A stretch of 64,000 nt of DNA, taken from an uncultured delta proteobacterium. GTDB taxonomy: Bacteria > Desulfobacterota > Binatia > UBA9968. Every line of letters starts with the position of its first letter. Position 1 is the stretch's first letter. The translations under genes were made by a program, and so were the position numbers. The notes below the pieces were generated by a model, which was not told the DNA's origin, searched no databases, and was given only the letters and a program-made list of their open reading frames with translations. The stretch spans positions 288,001 to 352,000 of the forward strand of contig CAWDPO010000043.1 of the NCBI GenBank assembly GCA_963804165.1, read 5' to 3'. Shown in pieces: positions 29,625 to 38,792 of the stretch.

Positions 29625-30641
29625 CTATCTTTGGCCAACGCGTATGCTGGTGACCTCCGGCAATTTGCTGAGAATCTCGCGGAAAGAATCTCCGCCATCT
29701 TTGCTCCACCAAACGCTGCCATCGGTCATGCCGACGAAAAAGCTGTTCGGCTCCGTCGGGTCGCTGGCGACGGCCCGCGGCGCGGCTTTGAAATGGCTGG
29801 GCAATCCGCCGGAAAGTCTCTCCCAGGATTCTCCCTGGTTTTCGCTTCGATAGAACGCAGATTGCGCTCCTTCGGGGCGCCGCCAAAATGGTGGCGGCAC
29901 CGCCGCCGCAGCCGTCAAAAGTACTTTGGGCCGCGCCGGATGAACCGCCAGCTGAGCCATGTAGGTACAATCGAGACCGTTACCCCAATTCACAAAGCTC
30001 GCGCCGCCGTCGACGCTTCGATAAACCCCTTTTCCCGAAGACGCAATGACCACGTCTTGGTTGTCAGGCATCACAGCGACGTAGTGGGCATCGAACTCGA
30101 CGCCTTCCTTGATATTTTGCCAGGTCTCGCCGCCGTCCTGGCTGCGGATCACCCAGCCTTCTTCCACTGCGCCGAGGATCGCCCGAGGGTTGTCCGAGCG
30201 CAGAGCCAGCCCTTTGACATGGCTCACGTGAGGCGGCCGAGGGAAGGTCCAATCAATGGTTTCAGGCAAATTCCTGAGCTGCTCACAATCGCTCCAGCTG
30301 TCGCCGCGGTCGGCGCTCTTGAACACGGCCGACGGGCCTGTGCCGGCGTAAAGCTCGCCCGTCTTGGGATGCTGAGCCAGTGAAAAAATTTCTTTGTAGA
30401 TAATCCCGTCATTGATTTCCCGCCAGCTCCCGCCGCGGTCCTCGCTGCGGTAAACGCCACCCTTGCTCGTGCCGGCATAGAGACAACGTGGGTCTTCGCG
30501 ATCTATGACCACCGTTGACCTCAGCGCCCCTTTGCCTTGAAGTCCCACGAGCCGAGTCTCGTGGCCGTTGCCTTCCGACTCCGCTTGATACAGGCCGTTC
30601 GCCGTACCTATGTAAAGAACGTGGTCCAATCCCGTCGCCAT
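29625..30641 (-). CDS. BNR/Asp-box repeat beta-propeller protein
   Basis: Repeated SxDxGxSW motifs; no signal peptide. Confidence 0.85.
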   Translation of the reverse strand: MATGLDHVLYIGTANGLYQAESEGNGHETRLVGLQGKGALRSTVVIDREDPRCLYAGTSKGGVYRSEDRGGSWREINDGIIYKEIFSLAQHPKTGELYAGTGPSAVFKSADRGDSWSDCEQLRNLPETIDWTFPRPPHVSHVKGLALRSDNPRAILGAVEEGWVIRSQDGGETWQNIKEGVEFDAHYVAVMPDNQDVVIASSGKGVYRSVDGGASFVNWGNGLDCTYMAQLAVHPARPKVLLTAAAAVPPPFWRRPEGAQSAFYRSENQGESWERLSGGLPSHFKAAPRAVASDPTEPNSFFVGMTDGSVWWSKDGGDSFREILSKLPEVTSIRVGQR

Positions 30642-30721
30642 GATCTCCCCCTTTCAGTTCGGGTTATGGGTTGAGTGCGGTCATTTCGATAATCTTCGGA
30701 AGCTGATAGACGGGTTATACC

Positions 30722-31903
30722 TCATGGAACCTTCCCCCGGCTAGCCAGCGCGTTTTCCATGACGCTGAGCGCCGCCTTCGCATCCATGAATTGCGGGCTC
30801 TCGGTGAAGAAATACTTTTTCCCCGCTAGCCGCCGTGATGCCGGGGGCACCTTGTCCTTGGGAATATCGATCCTAAGTGAATCCCGGTCGCCATGACTCT
30901 CTTGATAGACGATCTGCCCTCTGCGCGAAAGAAACCAATTGATAAAAACCTTGGCTGCATTCGGGTGGGGCGCCTTATTCATGAAGACTAGATTGCTCGC
31001 GCTACCGCGCAAACGAGGCATCTCTTTGAGCTCGTTGGGATCAACCGCTTCCAAGGAAACTCCTTGCCCCTTGGCTTTGTTAAGCAAGTCCTCCCGGCAG
31101 AAAACGCACATGGCAAATTTTCCTGCCGCTACCCAATCGATGACCTGGGTCGGATCTTTGCTTATGGTGATATCCATTTCGGAAAACAGCCGCCTGATAA
31201 ACTCCGGGCCAAGCTCGGGATGGTAGTAAAGAAACCGCAAAGTAACCGCTCCGAAACTCGGATCCCGCGCGTCCAGGCTGACAATTTTCCCTTTCCACTT
31301 AGGGCGCATCAGGTCCCAGTAAGACTTAAACTCTTCCACCTTGACGAGAGTGGTGTTGAAGCCAACCGATAGGCCGGCGGTGATGCTACCCTCATTGACG
31401 AAGATGTATTTGTTCTCAGGGTCAATATAAAAATGACGGTTCTCCCACCACCTGGACTGGTCCAGGACTTCCGGAAGAATGAACAGCGGCGCGATGGGTT
31501 CCAAAAGTTTATTATTGTAAAAACTATACAAAGAATCCGGGCCGCCTAGGTAGACATCGGCCAAATATTTGCCCGCCCGCCGTTCCGCCAGTAGCCGGGG
31601 AGACATGCGGCTGGAGTAGCCGTGCGTAATCACTGCTTTGATGTCGGGGTAATCTTTTTGAAATTGGCTGAATATGCCCTCATGGTACGGCCCTACGGCG
31701 GCATAGATCAGCACCTGCCCTTCTCGTTTCGCCGCATCGATCGTCTTTTCCCACTCCGCTTGCCACGCAATCTTGCTTTCGGCTGCTCCGCTCGTCGCTA
31801 TCTGAGTCGAACTCAAACTCAGCAGCGCCCACACCACACTCAGCACGCAAAATTTTAGGCCTATCCGTCGGCGCTGCATTCTATCTTTATGGCTAGTCTC
31901 CAT
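30722..31903 (-). CDS. ABC extracellular solute-binding protein
   Basis: WEKTIDAAKREG; APHPNAAKVFINW; paralog of 22247-23365. Confidence 0.9.
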   Translation of the reverse strand: METSHKDRMQRRRIGLKFCVLSVVWALLSLSSTQIATSGAAESKIAWQAEWEKTIDAAKREGQVLIYAAVGPYHEGIFSQFQKDYPDIKAVITHGYSSRMSPRLLAERRAGKYLADVYLGGPDSLYSFYNNKLLEPIAPLFILPEVLDQSRWWENRHFYIDPENKYIFVNEGSITAGLSVGFNTTLVKVEEFKSYWDLMRPKWKGKIVSLDARDPSFGAVTLRFLYYHPELGPEFIRRLFSEMDITISKDPTQVIDWVAAGKFAMCVFCREDLLNKAKGQGVSLEAVDPNELKEMPRLRGSASNLVFMNKAPHPNAAKVFINWFLSRRGQIVYQESHGDRDSLRIDIPKDKVPPASRRLAGKKYFFTESPQFMDAKAALSVMENALASRGKVP

Positions 31904-31944
31904 TGATCAGCCTTTGGACAATCGAGGCCGCAGACGGCAATTCG

Positions 31945-32781
31945 CTAGATCGCGATTTTTTTTCTGGGTGTAGGGGAATTCGATCGTGAGTTTTCTTCGG
32001 AAACTTTGTTTTCAGGTATGTAACCGAGCAATATCGAGATGCGCGTTGCCGCCTTTCGCACGGCGACGCCCAGCTCTTCTTCTCTCTTCTTTGGGAAAAG
32101 AACTTTTGGCAGACCCAGGCTCAGCGTTGCCTCGACCGTTCCATCGGGCCAGAAGATCGGAGCGGCTACGCTCTTTGCTCCAAGGAACGACTCCTCGTCG
32201 TTGAAGGCGAAATTCTTGCGCCGGACTTCGCTTAGCTCTTTTTCCAGCTTTGCCAGCGTAGTCTTAGTTTTCGGCGTGGCCCTGCGGAAGCATCCCTCGC
32301 GATTGAGCAGCTCCCGTTCATGCGGGCGCATAAAAGCCAAAAATACTTTTCCCGTCGCGGCGGCGTTGAGCGGGAGTCGAAGACCCACTGGGTGGCCGAT
32401 TCGAAGAAAGTGTTGACTCTCAACCTTCTCAACCGCGACCGTTTCCCACCCTTCCCGGATCTTCAGATTGACGGTGCTTCGGGTGTTTCTGCTCAGCTCT
32501 TCCATGATCGGTCTTGCCAATCTGCGCAGCTCGCCGTCGATGCGCACCAGGGCTGAAAAAGCGCGAAACGCCCGACCGAGTTGGTATTTGCCATTGACAA
32601 CATTTCTCTGAATGAACCCATGGGCTTCAAAAGTCCTAAGGATGCGCGACACCTGGCCCTTATCCATTTGCGTCGTTTTCGCTAGGTCGGTCACTCCCCA
32701 CTCCTGATGATCGACCGTGAAACATTCGATCAACTTGAGCGACTTGCTGAGCGACGTTACAAGATGTTGCATATTAGACAA
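31945..32781 (-). CDS. IclR family transcriptional regulator
   Basis: N-terminal HTH (GVTDLAK..VSRILRT), GLRLPLNAAATGK, SVAAPIF. Confidence 0.95.
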   Translation of the reverse strand: MSNMQHLVTSLSKSLKLIECFTVDHQEWGVTDLAKTTQMDKGQVSRILRTFEAHGFIQRNVVNGKYQLGRAFRAFSALVRIDGELRRLARPIMEELSRNTRSTVNLKIREGWETVAVEKVESQHFLRIGHPVGLRLPLNAAATGKVFLAFMRPHERELLNREGCFRRATPKTKTTLAKLEKELSEVRRKNFAFNDEESFLGAKSVAAPIFWPDGTVEATLSLGLPKVLFPKKREEELGVAVRKAATRISILLGYIPENKVSEENSRSNSPTPRKKIAI

Positions 32782-32880
32782 CGACTATTTCCGTTGCGTG
32801 GCTATGGTTCGCTTCATAGACTTTCGAAGCGGCTCACGTCAAGTGATTTGTGGCTAAATAATTGTTGATTATTAAGCAAC
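32766..32880. promoter_or_regulatory. Two GTTG-N9-CAAC palindromes, candidate IclR operators
   Basis: gttgcatattagacaac at 32766-32782 (over the iclR start) and gttgattattaagcaac at 32864-32880. Confidence 0.55.
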
Positions 32881-32963
32881 ATGGTTGCAATCCTGCTCCG
32901 CAGAGTTACTCGACCATGCGCCGCGGATAAGAACAGAGAAGCGGATGATTTCTTACAGAAAGT

Positions 32964-33788
32964 TTACTGGTCGGCTTGGAGAAAGTCAGCGACCAAAGCG
33001 TTGAACCGGTCGGCGTGATCCCACTGCACCCAGTGGGCGCACTGGTCGAAAACATGCAGCTCGGCCTGCGGTATTTTTTGAAACAGCAGCAGCGCCTGAT
33101 CCAGCGAGGTGCCGTGATCGTTGCGGCCCCAGAGAATGAGAGTTTGGGATTTCAATTTTTCCAATTCCTCATCCAGCGTCTTCGACTTCGGCGCGCTGGC
33201 GCGCGCCATTTGGGCTTCGTAACGGTTTCCCGTGCTCATCTCGTAGCGCTCGCGCACCAGTTCTTCAGTCACCAGATCTTGCCGAAACAACGTCCCTTGA
33301 GTCATCTTCAGCATGTTCTCATAAGTCGGCGTGTATGCTCTCAGCTCCTCGGCGTGCTGCTTTGATTTCGCCTGCGACTCCGGCGAGCCTTTCGGCGCCA
33401 ACGTATTGCTCGACACCAGCACCAATCGTTTGGCGCGCGCATCCTCGAGCGCCAGACGCGCGGCGAGATAGGCGCCTATCGAATTGCCCATGACGTGATA
33501 GCTCTCGACCTTCATCGCAGCGACGAAGGCGCGCGCGTGCGCAAAACGAAAATCGAGAGAATAGTCGCTGGGATTTTCCGTAAGTCCGAACCCTGGTTGG
33601 TCGAAAGCGTAAACTGCAAACCCGGCGGCTGCGAGCGGTTCGAGGTTGAGCTTCCAGTTCACCGACGAACAAGTGCCCGGCGAGCCGCCGTGGCAAAGCA
33701 CCAGCGGCTGGCCTTCGCCGACCTTGATGTAGAAGGTCCGCAATCCCAAGACTTCCCGGTACTCACGATTTTGCGGGAGCTTCTGCAT
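32964..33788 (-). CDS. Alpha/beta hydrolase, meta-cleavage product (BphD/MhpC/HsaD)-like
   Basis: HGGSPG, GNSIG nucleophile elbow, WGRND, CAHWVQW. Confidence 0.85.
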   Translation of the reverse strand: MQKLPQNREYREVLGLRTFYIKVGEGQPLVLCHGGSPGTCSSVNWKLNLEPLAAAGFAVYAFDQPGFGLTENPSDYSLDFRFAHARAFVAAMKVESYHVMGNSIGAYLAARLALEDARAKRLVLVSSNTLAPKGSPESQAKSKQHAEELRAYTPTYENMLKMTQGTLFRQDLVTEELVRERYEMSTGNRYEAQMARASAPKSKTLDEELEKLKSQTLILWGRNDHGTSLDQALLLFQKIPQAELHVFDQCAHWVQWDHADRFNALVADFLQADQ

Positions 33789-34083
33789 ACCTCAGTACCT
33801 TACCGCCTTTTGGCGCGCGCGTCGGTCCGTAAGGCGTGCCCTTCTCGATAAAAATGCACGCTCCCGCGGCGTACGTAACCTCGCCGATCTCGATTTCGCC
33901 TTCCAGAACATAGAACATTTCGTGATAGGGATGGCTGTGCACCGGGATATCCGTGTCGGGCCCCCAGTGGCGTATCATCATCTCGGGCCCTGACTCGCCC
34001 TTGGCCACGTGAAGCCATTTCGTATAGCCCCGACCGCTCTTGGCCATCTCGACGTCATTTTCATTCACCGCGTGGATCCCCAT
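33763..34083 (-). CDS. Cupin domain protein
   Basis: HSHPYHEMFYVLEGE. Confidence 0.85.
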   Translation of the reverse strand: MGIHAVNENDVEMAKSGRGYTKWLHVAKGESGPEMMIRHWGPDTDIPVHSHPYHEMFYVLEGEIEIGEVTYAAGACIFIEKGTPYGPTRAPKGGKVLRYAEAPAKS

Positions 34084-34150
34084 AAGTTCTCCCAATTAAG
34101 AAAAAGTTTCTTTGCGGCTGTCTCTCCCGGTTCGTTTTTACACCCGGAAC

Positions 34151-34251
34151 GAGACTGTGTTGTAATTGTCATTCTGAGGCGAAGCCGAAGAATCTCGTTT
34201 TCGCAAATCGCTGAAAAGACGAGATGCTTCGCGGAGTTTATCCTGAGTCTC
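34151..34251. mobile_element. Truncated copy of the MITE-like/REP composite
   Basis: Left TIR GAGACTGTGTTGTAAT, core TGTCATTCTGAGG..GAAGAATCTCG..CGAGATGCTTC, then CGGAGTTTATCCTGAG. Confidence 0.65.
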
Positions 34252-34277
34252 TCCGGACACCAACGGCACTCTCGTTC

Positions 34278-35501
34278 TTATCCCACCGCCGCGGTCTTGC
34301 CAAGATTTCGTTCGCTCTCCGGCACCCATTTTTCATAGGCGGGAATCACGATCATCTTATTTTTGTCCGGATCCCGCACGACGCACTTGGGATCTTCGCC
34401 GCGTTTCACTTTATCGATCTCGCGCAGATACATCTGGCGCAGCTTGATAATGCCGTCGTCGATCGCCGGCCCCAAGTTTTCGTTCTCGCGATCGGCGATC
34501 GGCGGCATGCTGTCGACCACCATGCCGTCCTCGATGAAATGCAAAGGTGGAATCTCGTAACCCAAAACCGGATTGTCGGAATCCCGGTATTCCTTGTACG
34601 GCGCGATGAATTCCTGCGGCGGCTTCCAACGCCGGCTGAACGGGTCGCCTTCGTATTTGCCGGGATTGTCGGAAGGCTTAAAGCGCACGCGCATCAGCAC
34701 GGTATGCGTATCGTCGATCGGCACGCTCCAGCGCGCCGCCGACACCGGCGTGCCGGCTTTGCCGCCGGTGAGATAACGCCCGCCGCTGCCGCCGCAGCTG
34801 ATACCGGGCATCAGCAAATGATGCTCGCGATAATTGAGCATGCCGGGCTCTTTGGTCTTGCGATACGCCTTGTACACCATGCCCCATTCGGTTTCGTGAA
34901 AACCGAGCTCCGGCTCGGTGCTCATGATGTCGGGCCACGCGCCGCCATGGGTGAAACTCGGATGCACCGGATCCATGCCGTTCTCGACGCATTGCAGCCA
35001 GTTGCAGTTTTGAAAGCCCTGAATGGTGATATAGACATCGCCCTCGCCCACAAGAAAATTGTAGCGCGGCACCAGCGGCGCCGGCTGCTGACCGAAGTAG
35101 GCGAAGATCAAACCGCCCAACTCTTCGACGGCATACGACGGCAGGCGAATGTCTTGTTTTCTAAGCGGGCTATCGGCGGGCTCGCCGGGAATCTGCACGA
35201 CCTTGCCGCCCGTGTCATAGAGCCAGCCGTGATAGCGGCAGCGCACGCCGTCGCGCTCGATATCGCCGAGACACAAGTTGGCGCGCCGGTGCGCGCAGTA
35301 AGCGCCGATGACGCCGGCCTTGCCGGTGCCGTCGCGAAAAAGCACCAAATCTTCGCCGAACACGCGAATGAACGTCGGCTTTAATTTTAAATGCGCGGAA
35401 ATGCCGATCGGCCACCAGTAGCGGCGCAAAAACTCGCCCATCGGCGTGCCGCGGCCGGTACGGGTAAGAATCTCATTTTCTTCTTTGGTGGTTTTATACA
35501 T
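34278..35501 (-). CDS. Rieske non-heme iron oxygenase alpha subunit (phthalate 4,5-dioxygenase/vanillate demethylase-like)
   Basis: CAH...CRYHGW Rieske motif; ENGMDPVHPSFTH mononuclear iron motif; downstream ED. Confidence 0.92.
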   Translation of the reverse strand: MYKTTKEENEILTRTGRGTPMGEFLRRYWWPIGISAHLKLKPTFIRVFGEDLVLFRDGTGKAGVIGAYCAHRRANLCLGDIERDGVRCRYHGWLYDTGGKVVQIPGEPADSPLRKQDIRLPSYAVEELGGLIFAYFGQQPAPLVPRYNFLVGEGDVYITIQGFQNCNWLQCVENGMDPVHPSFTHGGAWPDIMSTEPELGFHETEWGMVYKAYRKTKEPGMLNYREHHLLMPGISCGGSGGRYLTGGKAGTPVSAARWSVPIDDTHTVLMRVRFKPSDNPGKYEGDPFSRRWKPPQEFIAPYKEYRDSDNPVLGYEIPPLHFIEDGMVVDSMPPIADRENENLGPAIDDGIIKLRQMYLREIDKVKRGEDPKCVVRDPDKNKMIVIPAYEKWVPESERNLGKTAAVG

Positions 35502-35559
35502 CGTTCTCCCTCAAGATCTTTTTTCACTATGAAAGGTTCGTTTCCTTCCTCCTCGCATC

Positions 35560-35691
35560 GAGAGCGTATCGCAATGTCATCCTGAGGCGATAGCCGAAGG
35601 ATCTCGTCTTCGTAGGTGGAAGAAAATGCGAGATTCTTCGCTGACGCTCAGAATGACATCGAAGCGGCTTTCACGATTGACACACACTCTC
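35560..35691. mobile_element. MITE-like element with uninterrupted REP core
   Basis: Degenerate TIRs GAGAGCGTATCGCAAT / ATTGACACACACTCTC; core TGTCATCCTGAGGCGATAGCCGAAGGATCTCG..CGAGATTCTTCGCTGACGCTCAGAATGACA. Confidence 0.65.
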
Positions 35692-35741
35692 ATCGCGGCG
35701 GAAAAAAGCTTGGATGCGACCTTTTCGGTGGTCATCTGACT

Positions 35742-36773
35742 TTAATTCGCCAAAACTTTTTTCATCCGCTCGACGACGTCCGAAGGTTGGACGATCACTT
35801 TTTTCGCGATCGCTTCCAACTCCTGACCCGTCACCGGTTCCACTTCCCAATTTCTCTTTTGCGCTTCGGCTTTGAACTCAGGATCGCTGAGCGCTTTCAT
35901 CATTGCGTCGCGCAATAGGGTTAACCGGTCGGTAGGAAGGCCCGGCGGCGCGATCAACGGACGGCCGATGGAATCCGGAGACATCAACACCACGGCTAAA
36001 CGTCGGGTCACGTCCGACGCTTTTCGCTTGTCCAGGATCTCGTTGACGGTCGGCACATCGGGAATCCGCGGGTCACGCTTCGGACTGCCGTGCACCAGCA
36101 CGCGGGTAAACCCGCCCTTGGACCAACTCCGCGTCGGCTCGCTGCCAAAGTACCCCTCCAAGCTGCCGGCACGGCACTGCACTTCGCCCTTTTGCATGGC
36201 TAAATCGATTTCCGCCGCACCCGGATACCCGGTGACGATATTGAATTTAACACCCGCGACTTCTTCGATCAGCCTAGGGAAATAGTGACCGACCGTGCCG
36301 AGGGCGGTGGCGCCGCAACGGGGATGCTCAGACAAGTTGCGAATATCGTCGAGCGTTTTGTACGGCGTATCGGCGCGGCCATAGATAATCCGGACGGTTC
36401 GCTCCGGCGAGCCGATCCAACTGAACTTCGCCCAGTCGAACTTCACTTCCGTCAGGTCCGTGAGCTGGTTAAAGTAAAGACCCGGCGTGACAAAGCCGAT
36501 CGTCAAGCCGTCCGGTTTGGCGATATTGAAAATATAGTTGGCCGCCGTCAGCGATCCGGCGCCGGGCATGTTCTGCGCGATAATGGTCGGTTTGCCTGGA
36601 ATGTGCGGGCCCATGGCGCGCGCGAGTGCCCGCGCCCAGAGATCGCTGATGCCGCCGGGTGAAAACCCGAGAACTAACCGTATTGTCTTATCTTCGAAGA
36701 AGGAAGACTGTGCGCTCGCTTCATACGCGCGTGCAAGCAACAAAACAAAAACAATAACGGCTCGTTTCAACAA
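35742..36773 (-). CDS. TctC/Bug substrate-binding protein
   Basis: GFSPGGISD, NMPGAGS, KPDGLTI, VTGYPG. Confidence 0.92.
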   Translation of the reverse strand: MLKRAVIVFVLLLARAYEASAQSSFFEDKTIRLVLGFSPGGISDLWARALARAMGPHIPGKPTIIAQNMPGAGSLTAANYIFNIAKPDGLTIGFVTPGLYFNQLTDLTEVKFDWAKFSWIGSPERTVRIIYGRADTPYKTLDDIRNLSEHPRCGATALGTVGHYFPRLIEEVAGVKFNIVTGYPGAAEIDLAMQKGEVQCRAGSLEGYFGSEPTRSWSKGGFTRVLVHGSPKRDPRIPDVPTVNEILDKRKASDVTRRLAVVLMSPDSIGRPLIAPPGLPTDRLTLLRDAMMKALSDPEFKAEAQKRNWEVEPVTGQELEAIAKKVIVQPSDVVERMKKVLAN

Positions 36774-36830
36774 ACATTCTCCTTCGCTACCGGCGATCGA
36801 ATCCGTCCCCTGTTATCGATGCGTTGCATT

Positions 36831-36854
36831 GGGCGCGATGAATCGCGCCCCTAC
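36831..36854. repeat. REP-like palindrome, GTAGGGGC family
   Basis: gggcgcgatgaatcgcgccc-ctac. Confidence 0.75.
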
Positions 36855-36890
36855 AATGTCCGACCTCCGCTCGCCGCGTTTTATGCCAAA

Positions 36891-37859
36891 TCATTCTTTG
36901 AAATCCATCCGCGGGTCCCACGAGCGCAGCATATCCAGTTCGTCGAGTACTTCTTTGAGATATTTGAAGTTGTAGTAATCGCTCACCGGTTTTTTGGGCA
37001 AGTTCCATTCGCTGGTGTAAAAATCCACCTTGCGCTGGTAGGCTTCGAGATCGAGCACCGGTCCCCATTCCTTGTGCACTTCCTCGTAGGCCAGACTCGC
37101 TAGCTCGCGGTTGATGAAGTGATTGTGGCGCAGAATCGAGTCGAGCGTTTCTTCCTTGCTATACTTGGCGATCATCACGCCGCGTAGGAGCGCCCGCACC
37201 ATCCCTTTGACGACGAACGGTTTCTCCGCGATTACGGCAGGCGAAGTCGAAAAGCCGGCTTCGGGAATCGAAAATAGATCACGGCACGACTGCAGCGCAT
37301 GACCGCCCATCTGCACCGCGATGTTCCAGTGTGGCGGATCGCAGCACACCGCATCGACTTCGCCTTTTTCGAACAACGCCAAACGGAAACGTTCCGTATT
37401 GGGCGGCTTGCCGCGGCTATCGATCCACGTAACGTCTTTCTCCGGATCGACGCCGAAGTGGCGCATCACCATCTTGGCGTCCATGCTCGAACCGCCTTTG
37501 AGATCACCGGCGATCTTTTTGCCTTTGAGATCCGGAACATCTTTGACGTAGGGCTTGGCGACGAAGACGTGCGCCGTGCGGTTGGCGATGGACACCACGT
37601 TTACCTCGCCGTCGATGTGATCGCGGTTTTCCAGCACCGAGCGAAACGGCGGCGAGCCTCCCGGAGATTGGAAAATAATCGACCCGTCTTTGCGCCACTG
37701 GTGGCGCGGGTGTTGGTTGTCGGGAATCCCCTGAACAGGACGTAAGTCGACGTCCAGCCCTTCCTCTTTAAAAAATCCTTTGTCGTGAGCAACCCACATG
37801 GGCGCCAAATTCATGGGCAATGCCGGGCCAAAGACGACGATCTTTTCCTTCGAGCTCAT
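36891..37859 (-). CDS. NMT1/THI5-like binding-protein-fold protein without signal peptide
   Basis: WVAHDKGFFKEEGLDV, DLKGKKIA; N-terminus has no hydrophobic stretch. Confidence 0.8.
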   Translation of the reverse strand: MSSKEKIVVFGPALPMNLAPMWVAHDKGFFKEEGLDVDLRPVQGIPDNQHPRHQWRKDGSIIFQSPGGSPPFRSVLENRDHIDGEVNVVSIANRTAHVFVAKPYVKDVPDLKGKKIAGDLKGGSSMDAKMVMRHFGVDPEKDVTWIDSRGKPPNTERFRLALFEKGEVDAVCCDPPHWNIAVQMGGHALQSCRDLFSIPEAGFSTSPAVIAEKPFVVKGMVRALLRGVMIAKYSKEETLDSILRHNHFINRELASLAYEEVHKEWGPVLDLEAYQRKVDFYTSEWNLPKKPVSDYYNFKYLKEVLDELDMLRSWDPRMDFKE

Positions 37860-37898
37860 TCGGACTCTCCCTTGGTAAAAATCTTTGGGTGATTCACA

Positions 37899-37976
37899 TT
37901 TGGTCTGGCCAAACGATACTGGTTTTGGTATATAACAGGCAATTTCTTACTGTCAAGGAGATTTTGGCCTGACCAA
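37899..37976. promoter_or_regulatory. Two FadR/GntR-type operator palindromes in a divergent promoter
   Basis: tttggtctggccaaa (37899-37913) and ttggcctgaccaa (37964-37976), each one mismatch from TGGTCnGACCA. Confidence 0.65.
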
Positions 37977-38776
37977 TGATTCAATTTAACAGTCGAGTCG
38001 ACAGAATCGCCAAGGATCTGCAGGACCAGATTGTTCAAGGCAAACTAAAGCCGGGAGAGCGGCTGCCGTCGGAGCGGAGCTTGTGTTCTGTATTTGGCGT
38101 CGGCCGGACCACTATCAGGGAGGCGCTGAAGTCGTTGGGGGTGCGCGGTCTGGTGACCCGGTCGGCCCGCGGAGCGGTGGTCGCCGACGCCGAGTCCCGA
38201 CTGCTGCCGGGCGCGGATCTCGCCGGGCTCGCAGCCCAGACGTCGATCAAGCAACTTTTCGAGGTGCGCAAGCTCATGGAAGTGAGAGTCGCGGGCTGGG
38301 CCGCCTTGCGCGCAACGCCGGAGGATGTCGACGCGATGCAGCGGGCGATCGAGGCCGACATTGCGCGCAACACGGCGACGGGCAATCCCAGCCGCATGTT
38401 TCACGACGCGCTGGCCCAAGCCGCGCACAATCCCGCCCTGGTTCAAGTTTATGAATCTGGCAGAAGTCTTTTCTTTCGTCTGCCGTTTTACTGGAAGCTT
38501 TTCGACGACGCTAAAGTGAAGTCGGTCCGAGCGGCGCGCCATGAGCTCGCTCGGCGCTGGCATGAACAGATTTTTAAAGCGATTGCCGACCACGATGCCG
38601 CCGAAGCCGAGGGCGCCATGTTTCAGCACTTGGACATCATGGAAAAAGATCTTCTCAACCGCCTTCAACCAGCAGACGGCGACGCCAACAACCAAAAGCT
38701 TTACCTGCATCCAGTCCTGACCAGCTTAGAGTCGGAAGCCCCAGGGAGTGGAGAAATCATTCGCTCCGGCCGATGA
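37976..38776 (+). CDS. GntR/FadR family transcriptional regulator
   Basis: PGERLPSER..FGVGRTTIREAL; FCD domain with FHDAL..AAHNP. Confidence 0.95.
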   Translation: MIQFNSRVDRIAKDLQDQIVQGKLKPGERLPSERSLCSVFGVGRTTIREALKSLGVRGLVTRSARGAVVADAESRLLPGADLAGLAAQTSIKQLFEVRKLMEVRVAGWAALRATPEDVDAMQRAIEADIARNTATGNPSRMFHDALAQAAHNPALVQVYESGRSLFFRLPFYWKLFDDAKVKSVRAARHELARRWHEQIFKAIADHDAAEAEGAMFQHLDIMEKDLLNRLQPADGDANNQKLYLHPVLTSLESEAPGSGEIIRSGR

Positions 38777-38792
38777 GCCGCGAAAGCCAACT

